NCBI GenBank assembly: GCA_021776235.1
Contig: JAJFGG010000086.1
Location: forward strand, 20,668-84,667
Origin: Alphaproteobacteria bacterium
Lineage (GTDB): Bacteria; Pseudomonadota; Alphaproteobacteria; GCA-2731375
DNA: 64,000 nucleotides
Reading direction: 5' to 3'
Positions 57,544 to 64,000 of the stretch are shown one piece after another (position 1 is the first letter of the stretch; every line of letters starts with the position of its first letter). The notes under the pieces are model-generated. The model saw only the letters and a list, made by a program, of their open reading frames with translations, made no database searches and had not been told where the DNA came from. Both the position numbers and the translations under genes were made by a program.

Positions 57544-58368
57544 TTATGTACCTACTTTCAGAGGGCTGACCAGTCCGCGCAGGGTCGCCAGGACACTGAG
57601 GGGGGTCAGCAGACCGGTCGCGGGGTTGTCGGGCGAGGGGATGCCTTCGATGGTCATCTCGAAGCGGGTAGCATCTGAGTCTACCGTGATGGTGTGGGTA
57701 TTGCGGGTAACGCCGGGATCGGCCCAGATTTCGATGGTCGTGTTATCCGGCCCATTGCCGGCCAGGCTGAGGGCGGCGGCCACGTTGACGTTGGCCGGGA
57801 AGCCCCCGGCCGCGTTCCGTGCGCTGCCCTGGAAAACCAATTTGGCTGTGGAGAGATTCTCGATATTGATCTGGTTCTCCACCAGATGCGGCGCGCCGGC
57901 CAGGCCGTTGGGCGGTTTGCGCGTTACCATATGGACCGAATGGATGACCCCTTCGGCCGCCGCCCGCACCGCGTCCAGGCCCAGCAGGGCGCCGGTCGGT
58001 ACAATGATCCGGGCGCCGGTTTCCCCGGCCCGTACCGCCAGTTCCGGGTGCCGCAGCAGGGCGCCGCAGCTGAGCGGGATGAATATCCTGCCCGCCTCCA
58101 CCGCCGCCTCGGCGACTTCGGCGAATACGGCGGCCGGGGCGCATTCCACCACGACGTCGGCCAGGACGGCCAGTTCCCGCAGGGTGACGACGGGGGGCGG
58201 CGCCGCCATGCCGGCCATGCGCGCGCGCGCGCCGTCATGGTCACGGGCCGAAACCGCAACCAGGCGGATGCCCGGTATACCGCCATTATGGGCCCCAATG
58301 TCCAAGGCTTTGGCCACCGTGGCGCCAATGGCGCCAAAGCCGCCGATGGCAACCGTCAATTCGGTCAT
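57544..58368 (-). CDS. nadX: L-aspartate dehydrogenase (NadX-like) family protein
   Basis: GxGAIG, VVECA, GALxGLD, RKPP, FPANVNVAA, SPDNPxTG. Confidence 0.75.
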   Translation of the reverse strand: MTELTVAIGGFGAIGATVAKALDIGAHNGGIPGIRLVAVSARDHDGARARMAGMAAPPPVVTLRELAVLADVVVECAPAAVFAEVAEAAVEAGRIFIPLSCGALLRHPELAVRAGETGARIIVPTGALLGLDAVRAAAEGVIHSVHMVTRKPPNGLAGAPHLVENQINIENLSTAKLVFQGSARNAAGGFPANVNVAAALSLAGNGPDNTTIEIWADPGVTRNTHTITVDSDATRFEMTIEGIPSPDNPATGLLTPLSVLATLRGLVSPLKVGT

Positions 58369-58373
58369 GTTCG

Positions 58374-59207
58374 TCAGGCCCTGTCCGGATTATAGATCTT
58401 GATGGGGTGATAGGTCTTGTAAACGTCCTTTTGCTCGGACCACATCACGCCGGTGGCCGCGCCCCCGTCAACGACCAGGGCCTGCCCGGTGACGAAGGTG
58501 GAGCGGTCGGAGGCCAGAAACAGGGCCATCTGGGCGATGTCGTCCGGCAGGCCGACCCTGGGGATCGGTTGGCGCACCGCATAGGTGTCATGTTTCTTTT
58601 CGATCAAGGCATCGGGCCGGCCCACGGTATTGGCCGACAACGGCGTCGCGATATAACCGGGACAAAGGCAGTTGACCCGGATTGAATGCTCGCCCAGCTC
58701 CATGGCCGTTACCTTGGACAGATGCACCACCGCCGCTTTTGCCGCCGAATAGATAATCGGGCCGCGCCCGGCGGTAACGCCGGCGATGCTGCCTGTATTG
58801 ATGATGCTGCCCGAACCCTGTGCCTTCATCACCGGCACGGCATGCTTCATGCCAAGGAAGACCCCACGCACCAGGACATCCATGGTCATATCGAAATCGT
58901 CCAGTGGTATACCCTCGATGGGCCCCAGGACACCGCCAAAGCCGGCGTTGTTGAACATGCAATCCAGGCGGCCCCAGGTGTCGACCGCGCAATCGACGGC
59001 CGCCTTGACCTCGGCTTCCTGGCGCACTTCGACCTGCCGGAACAGTGCCGCCGGGCCCAGTTCCTCGGCCAACGCCGCGCCGCGTTCCCGTTGCATATCC
59101 GCGATCACGACCTTGGCGCCCTCGGCAACGAATAGCCGGGCCGTGCTTTCGCCGATACCACTGGCGCCGCCGGTGATGACCGCAACTTTCCCCTCCATTT
59201 CCGACAT
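58374..59207 (-). CDS. short-chain dehydrogenase/reductase
   Basis: TGGASGIG, NNAG, S and YSAAK catalytic motif, PGxIxT, VDGG. Confidence 0.92.
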   Translation of the reverse strand: MSEMEGKVAVITGGASGIGESTARLFVAEGAKVVIADMQRERGAALAEELGPAALFRQVEVRQEAEVKAAVDCAVDTWGRLDCMFNNAGFGGVLGPIEGIPLDDFDMTMDVLVRGVFLGMKHAVPVMKAQGSGSIINTGSIAGVTAGRGPIIYSAAKAAVVHLSKVTAMELGEHSIRVNCLCPGYIATPLSANTVGRPDALIEKKHDTYAVRQPIPRVGLPDDIAQMALFLASDRSTFVTGQALVVDGGAATGVMWSEQKDVYKTYHPIKIYNPDRA

Positions 59208-59313
59208 CTTGCAGATTCCTTGTTCTTGAATGCGTAATCGATTAGAGCATGGCGCAGGTGCTTTCGCACCCAATCGCTGGTATACAGCGTTAACATAAAA
59301 ATGGAGGCTGTGG

Positions 59314-59532
59314 ATGACCGCGAACGAGATTGCCAGGGTGCAAAGTTATCTGCGCAGGACTTTTGCCAACGAGCGAATAGCCATAAGTCCGCCGATGCGG
59401 CCCGGCGCACCGGTGGAGGTTTCCATCGCCGGCGAGTTCATCGGCGTGCTGCATAGGGATGAGGACGAGGGCGAAGTATCCTACGCCCTCAACATTTCAA
59501 TCCTTGAAGAAGACCTGCCCCCCGTGGCCTGA
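59314..59532 (+). CDS. DUF3126 family protein
   Basis: EIxRVQxYLRxxF...EFIGVLxRDEDEGEVSY...ILEEDL. GGAGG RBS. Confidence 0.85.
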   Translation: MTANEIARVQSYLRRTFANERIAISPPMRPGAPVEVSIAGEFIGVLHRDEDEGEVSYALNISILEEDLPPVA

Positions 59533-59544
59533 CAGGTGCCCATC

Positions 59545-60153
59545 ATGACAGATCACACCGATCATTCTCATCTTTCCGATACCGAGCTGCGGGTCCGCGC
59601 CCTGGAGTCCCTGCTGGTAGACAAGGGCCTGGTCGACCCGGCGGCATTGGACGCCATCGTCGACACTTATGAAAATAAGGTCGGGCCGCGCAATGGGGCC
59701 AAGGTGGTGGCGCGCGCCTGGGTCGATCCTGATTTTAAGCAGTGGCTGTTGCGCGACGCCACCGCCGCCATTGATTCGCTTGGCTACACCTCGACCCAGG
59801 GGGCCGATATCGTGGTGCTGGAGAACACCGCGAAAGTTCATAATCTTACCGTCTGCTCGCTTTGTTCCTGTTATCCGTGGGCCGTACTGGGCCTGCCGCC
59901 GGCCTGGTATAAGTCCTTTCCCTACAGGGCGCGGGCGGTCAAGGATCCGCGCGGCGTCCTCCAGGAGTTCGGCCAGGACATCGCCGATGGCGTGGAAGTG
60001 CGGGTCTGGGACAGCACGGCCGAGGTGCGTTATCTGGTGCTGCCGGAACGCCCGCCGGGGACAGAGGATATGGCCGAGGAAAAGTTGGCCGACCTGGTTA
60101 CGCGAAATTCCATGATCGGCACGGACCGCCTGACTGGCGGGGGCGCAGGCTAA
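59545..60153 (+). CDS. nthA: nitrile hydratase alpha subunit
   Basis: [16 protein letters not shown], metal motif [10 protein letters not shown], LGLPPxWYK, [17 protein letters not shown]. Confidence 0.95.
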   Translation: MTDHTDHSHLSDTELRVRALESLLVDKGLVDPAALDAIVDTYENKVGPRNGAKVVARAWVDPDFKQWLLRDATAAIDSLGYTSTQGADIVVLENTAKVHNLTVCSLCSCYPWAVLGLPPAWYKSFPYRARAVKDPRGVLQEFGQDIADGVEVRVWDSTAEVRYLVLPERPPGTEDMAEEKLADLVTRNSMIGTDRLTGGGAG

Positions 60154-60812
60154 TGGATGGCATTCATGACATGGGCGGCATGGACGGCTTCGGTCCGATC
60201 CCAATCGAACAGGACGAACCTGTCTTTCACGCCCCCTGGGAAGGCCGGGTATGGGCCCTGAACAGTGCCTTGGGGGCGCTGGGAAAATGGAACATTGATG
60301 CCGGCCGCTACGAAATGGAGCAGTTGGACCCGATCCTTTATCTGCAATCCATCTACTATCAACGCTGGCTGTACCGTACGGAAAATATTCTCATCGCTCA
60401 CGGCATGGTGACCAGACAGGAACTGGAGACCCCGCCGGAACGGCGCAAGGTAGAAAAGCAAGGTCAGGCCTTGAGCGTTGAAGACATCTTCGCCCGGCAG
60501 CGCCAGGCCCGTTCAGCGCGGGTTGATGCGGAGGTCCCGGCTCGCTTCAAGACCGGCGACAAAGTACGGGCCCGCAATATCTACCCCAAAGGGCACACCA
60601 GGCTGCCGCGCTATGTACGCGGCAAGGTCGGCGTGATCGATCGGGATCATGGCGTCTTTATCTTCCCCGATAGCAATGCCGTTTTTGCCGGCAAGAAGCC
60701 GCAACATCTCTACAGCGTGCAGTTTGCCGCCCAGGAGGTCTGGGGCTCCGATGCGGCGTCCGCCGACAAAATCTATATGGACATGTGGGATGACTATCTG
60801 GAGGTGAGTTGA
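60153..60812 (+). CDS. nthB: nitrile hydratase beta subunit
   Basis: [35 protein letters not shown]-x-V-x-F, W-x-x-Y-L. One-base overlap with the alpha stop. Confidence 0.95.
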   Translation: MDGIHDMGGMDGFGPIPIEQDEPVFHAPWEGRVWALNSALGALGKWNIDAGRYEMEQLDPILYLQSIYYQRWLYRTENILIAHGMVTRQELETPPERRKVEKQGQALSVEDIFARQRQARSARVDAEVPARFKTGDKVRARNIYPKGHTRLPRYVRGKVGVIDRDHGVFIFPDSNAVFAGKKPQHLYSVQFAAQEVWGSDAASADKIYMDMWDDYLEVS

Positions 60813-60813
60813 G

Positions 60814-61176
60814 ATGTCATCGGAACAGAACCTGCCGACACGGGCGGAGTTGCCCGCCATGCCCCGTGATGAAGACGGCCCGGTGTTTGCCGAACCCTGG
60901 CAGGCCCAGGCGTTTGCCATGACTTTGTGGCTGCATGAACAAGGCCATTTCACCTGGCCTGAATGGGCCGAACGTTTGAGCGAGGTCATAAGCGCCGCCC
61001 AGGCGGACGGTGACCCGGACCGGGGCGATACCTATTACCTGCATTGGCTAAAGGCGCTGGAAACCCTGGTCGCGGAAAAAGGCCTGTTGACGGGCGAGGC
61101 GCTGCGCGAGCGCAAGGATGCCTGGGACCGCGCCACCCGTGCCACGCCCCACGGACAGCCCATCGTCCTGCCCTAG
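60814..61176 (+). CDS. nitrile hydratase accessory protein (P14K/NhlE-like)
   Basis: GPVFAEPWQAQAFA, FTWxEW, YYxHWLxALE, TPHGQPI. Confidence 0.9.
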   Translation: MSSEQNLPTRAELPAMPRDEDGPVFAEPWQAQAFAMTLWLHEQGHFTWPEWAERLSEVISAAQADGDPDRGDTYYLHWLKALETLVAEKGLLTGEALRERKDAWDRATRATPHGQPIVLP

Positions 61177-61204
61177 ACCCGGTTCGATGCAAATCGAACC
61201 AGCG

Positions 61205-61585
61205 CTATGCCGGATCGTAATAGTGGATCTCGAACAGCACACAGCCCGTCTCTGATTTGAAGGGGCCGTGGGGGGCGCCGGGCGGGCGGCAGGCGTAGGT
61301 GTTTGCCGCAAAGGGTTCGCCGCCCATGCCATCGGCGTCATTGCCGACCGTCAGATCGCCGGAGACCAGATAGACCTCCTCCCAATGTTCGTGAACAAAT
61401 GGTGCGGTGGTATAGACGCCGGGCTGAAAGCGCAGCAAGCGGGTCCGGCTGCCGCGGCCATTCTCTTCATCCAGCGAGCCGGCCAGTATCTTTTGCTGGA
61501 TCCCGTCGGGATATCCGGCGGGGACTTCCCAGCCGTCCTCGAAGTTGACCGCGAAAAATTCTTTGTGTGCCTTGGTCACAGCCAT
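61205..61585 (-). CDS. cupin domain protein (ChrR-like)
   Basis: RTRLLRFxPG, HxxWEEVY, YACRPPGxxHGPF. Confidence 0.8.
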   Translation of the reverse strand: MAVTKAHKEFFAVNFEDGWEVPAGYPDGIQQKILAGSLDEENGRGSRTRLLRFQPGVYTTAPFVHEHWEEVYLVSGDLTVGNDADGMGGEPFAANTYACRPPGAPHGPFKSETGCVLFEIHYYDPA

Positions 61586-61587
61586 GT

Positions 61588-63072
61588 CTATTTTCCTTCC
61601 TTATTCTCGGTGAGCGAATAGCTATCCAGGATCCGGTCCACCAGGCCCTTGCCGTGGTCCCAATCATAGGTGCGGTAGCTGTGGTTCTTGGTCACGAAGG
61701 TCGCGCCAGCATAGAACATTTCGTATTGCGTATGGCGCGAGGCGAATTCCGAACCGACGGCATCCCAGGCCAGCTTGAAGAATTTCACCCGGTCCTCGGA
61801 GCCAAGGACAGGGGATTGCTGGGTGATGCCGATCAGGTCGCGAATTTCAGGATTGGCGAAATCCGCCACGGACGAAGGCAGCATGATCATGCCGCCGCCG
61901 GCCAGGTCGCGCAATGTTGTCATGATTTCGGGATAAAGCTGCTGGGTCAGAACCTGGGCCGCATACAGGGTGTGCCGGTCCGGCACGTAATAGTCGCCCT
62001 GGGCCTGTCCCTTGATTTCCATGGCGTGGACCATGGCGTCGACCATGGCGCCCTGGGCTGCCAGCTGGCCCAGGGTTTCGCGGACCTGGGGAAATTGGGT
62101 GGTGCCATTGGTCTCCGTGATTTTGTGGCCCAGGCCAATTAGAAACTTCATCTTCACCATCAGCCGCACCTGGGCCTGATAATTCTGATAGACGTGCGCC
62201 GGGGTGGCGTGGAACTGCTTCTGGCACATCTCCACATCCTGATCGATGAAGACCCGAGCCCAGGGAACCTTGACGGAATCGAAAAACAGCACCGCATCAT
62301 TCTCGTCAAAGCGATGGGACAGGGGATTGTCGAATTCGCTGGGCGCGTGGGCCTCATAGGATTTGCGCGACAGAATTTTCAGGCCCTTTGCATTCATGGG
62401 CACGGCGAAGGACAGGGCGAATTTGGCATCGCCCGGCGGCAATGGCTGGATACAGGTCACGAAAACCTCGTTCGCTACCACAGCTCCCGTCGCCAGCATT
62501 TTGGCGCCGTGGACGGTGATCCCTTCGCTATCCCGATCGACCACGCCGGCGGTAAGGTATTCACCTTGTTGTTCATGGGCCGCCTTGGAACGGTCAGCCT
62601 GGGGATTGATGATGACATAGGTCAGGTAAAGCTCGTTATCCCGGGCATGCCGGTAATAGTCGGCCAGCGCCCCGGCGCGCGCTTTATCGTAGGCCGCGAA
62701 CACCTCGCGCCCCATGTACATGCCGGCGATGCAGGAGGCGACATGATCCGGCGCCCGGCCCAGAAAACCGCCGTGCAGTTCGGTCCAGGCCACCAGGGCC
62801 CGGCGCCGGGTCACCAGGTCCTCGTAGGAATGGGGCAGTTGCCAGATACGGTTGGCGCGGCCGCCGCCGTCCGGGCATTCACCATCGGGAATGGCAAAAG
62901 TCATCAGTTCCCTGTTTTCAGGCTGGCTTTGAAAGTCATACAGCTGACCAACCGAGGCGACGACATTGCGGAAGGCCGGGTGGGTGGTAACATCATCCAC
63001 GACGCCGCCATCCAAATAGACCTGCCGCCCATCCCGCAGCGATTGGATATGCTGTTCACCTGTCTTGATCAT
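61588..63072 (-). CDS. 4-hydroxyphenylacetate 3-hydroxylase (HpaB-like) flavin-dependent monooxygenase
   Basis: SLRDGRxVY, DVTxHPAF, GRxPD, GAKMLAT, FDENDA, VPW, SEFASRHxxYExFY. Start ATG 63072 (MIKTG). Confidence 0.88.
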   Translation of the reverse strand: MIKTGEQHIQSLRDGRQVYLDGGVVDDVTTHPAFRNVVASVGQLYDFQSQPENRELMTFAIPDGECPDGGGRANRIWQLPHSYEDLVTRRRALVAWTELHGGFLGRAPDHVASCIAGMYMGREVFAAYDKARAGALADYYRHARDNELYLTYVIINPQADRSKAAHEQQGEYLTAGVVDRDSEGITVHGAKMLATGAVVANEVFVTCIQPLPPGDAKFALSFAVPMNAKGLKILSRKSYEAHAPSEFDNPLSHRFDENDAVLFFDSVKVPWARVFIDQDVEMCQKQFHATPAHVYQNYQAQVRLMVKMKFLIGLGHKITETNGTTQFPQVRETLGQLAAQGAMVDAMVHAMEIKGQAQGDYYVPDRHTLYAAQVLTQQLYPEIMTTLRDLAGGGMIMLPSSVADFANPEIRDLIGITQQSPVLGSEDRVKFFKLAWDAVGSEFASRHTQYEMFYAGATFVTKNHSYRTYDWDHGKGLVDRILDSYSLTENKEGK

Positions 63073-63280
63073 GGTCTTGCCTTCTTTTCCACTAGCGCAT
63101 GTTCTCTGAAAACATGCCCGAACTCTTAAGAAAAGAACAATTGAACCAATCACTTGGGTCGCGATCGCGACTCCAATTAATTGAAAATTGCTCTCGACAC
63201 CGCCGCCGCCGCGGCCTCGATTGATCGTAGCTCGAATGGCGCTATAGTTTCCTGCCGGCAATGAACACACGAGGGACAGA

Positions 63281-63715
63281 ATGAGCCAACGAGACTGGGT
63301 CGTCGAGCATATCCGTAAATACCGCGAGAGCAATGGCGCGGAGGGACACATCTGGAAAGGCGTGGACGGCAGTCAGAATTTGCCCTGCCTGTTGCTGACC
63401 ACAACCGGCCGACGCACGGGCGAAGCGCGGACGACGGCCTTGATCTATGGCCGGGACGGGGACTGCTACGTCATCATCGCCTCACGGGGCGGTACGCCGG
63501 CCGATCCCGTCTGGTATGGCAATTTGCTGGCCAACCCGGCCGTACAATTGCAGGTGGGACCGGATCAATTCGCCGCCACGGCGCATACCGCAACGGGAGA
63601 CGAGAGGGCACGTCTTTGGCAAATGATGGCGGAGATTTTTCCCAGCTACGATGATTACCAGGCAAAAGCCAAGGCGACCCGTGAAATTCCCCTGATCGTG
63701 CTGGAACGGACCTGA
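63281..63715 (+). CDS. deazaflavin (F420H2)-dependent nitroreductase (DDN) family protein
   Basis: LLLTTxGRRTGxxR, IASxGG...PxWYxNLxANP, YxxYQ...REIP. Confidence 0.9.
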   Translation: MSQRDWVVEHIRKYRESNGAEGHIWKGVDGSQNLPCLLLTTTGRRTGEARTTALIYGRDGDCYVIIASRGGTPADPVWYGNLLANPAVQLQVGPDQFAATAHTATGDERARLWQMMAEIFPSYDDYQAKAKATREIPLIVLERT

Positions 63716-63788
63716 AAGACAGCTTAGCGGTTTATTGATCTTGATCGGCGCATATTAGGGTTAGCAAAAATTTAGCCTTGTAGAAGCC

Positions 63789-64000
63789 ATGCTGCACTGG
63801 AACCGAAATTGGGTCGCATTGTCGCCCGCCGAAAGCGCGGCGGCCCTGATGGTTGCCTTGGTAGTGCTTTCGTTTATGGGCGTTACCTACGGCGCCACGG
63901 CCCTTATTTGGGGACTGATCTTCACAGCCGGCGTTCTTGCCGGCTGGTGGGTGGCCCAGCATCGTCCAGGAGGTCCCTCGGCGGCTGATGTGTTGCATGC
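63789..64000 (+). CDS. membrane protein, partial (runs off window end)
   Basis: Manual translation MLHWNRNWVALSPAESAAALMVALVVLSFMGVTYGATALIWGLIFTAGVLAGWWVAQH... is open to the window end and has two hydrophobic segments. Confidence 0.5.
   Translation, partial: MLHWNRNWVALSPAESAAALMVALVVLSFMGVTYGATALIWGLIFTAGVLAGWWVAQHRPGGPSAADVLH

Noticed and set aside
63073-63351. 93-aa N-terminal extension of the HpaB-like ORF
   Set aside because: Crosses the divergent promoter region and the DDN start. The family-typical start MIKTG has its own RBS at 63072.
63732-63998. 88-aa minus-strand ORF at the window end
   Set aside because: No motifs. The plus-strand frame from 63789 gives a more plausible membrane protein.
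1-64000. CRISPR array, rRNA, integrase/transposase or anti-phage defence genes
   Set aside because: No regularly spaced 25-45-bp repeats with unique spacers and no matching protein motifs were seen by eye. The 15-bp repeats at 8632 have no spacers.

Overview
GC-rich bacterial chromosomal DNA, most likely from an alphaproteobacterium. This rests on the lpoA-like/rsmI/yraN/BON/gshB block, DUF3126, DUF1289 and an alpha-type RpoH-like promoter before dnaK. About 60 CDSs and one tRNA-Arg(ACG) are supported. Housekeeping genes (htpG, a GldA/F/G-like ABC system with DUF4340, rsmI, gshB, dnaK-dnaJ) alternate with many catabolic and redox genes: acyl-CoA ligases and dehydrogenases, F420-type LLM and DDN enzymes, a split transketolase, amidohydrolases, a CYP153-like P450, nitrile hydratase and an HpaB-like monooxygenase. 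The best candidates for something new are: (1) an exported pentaheme cytochrome c with a poly-Asp arm next to a predicted outer-membrane beta-barrel, a possible porin-cytochrome conduit (36375-39974); (2) a 265-bp multiply palindromic MITE-like element with a solo end elsewhere in the window; (3) a CoA-dependent catabolic operon whose thiolase-fold and racemase-fold proteins lack the canonical catalytic residues, including a DUF35-SDR fusion; (4) a nitrile hydratase with a hybrid Fe/Co motif (CSLCSCY); (5) a decayed mobile-element remnant 3' of tRNA-Arg. No CRISPR array, rRNA, integrase or transposase was seen. All family calls come from reading motifs by eye; no database searches were run.
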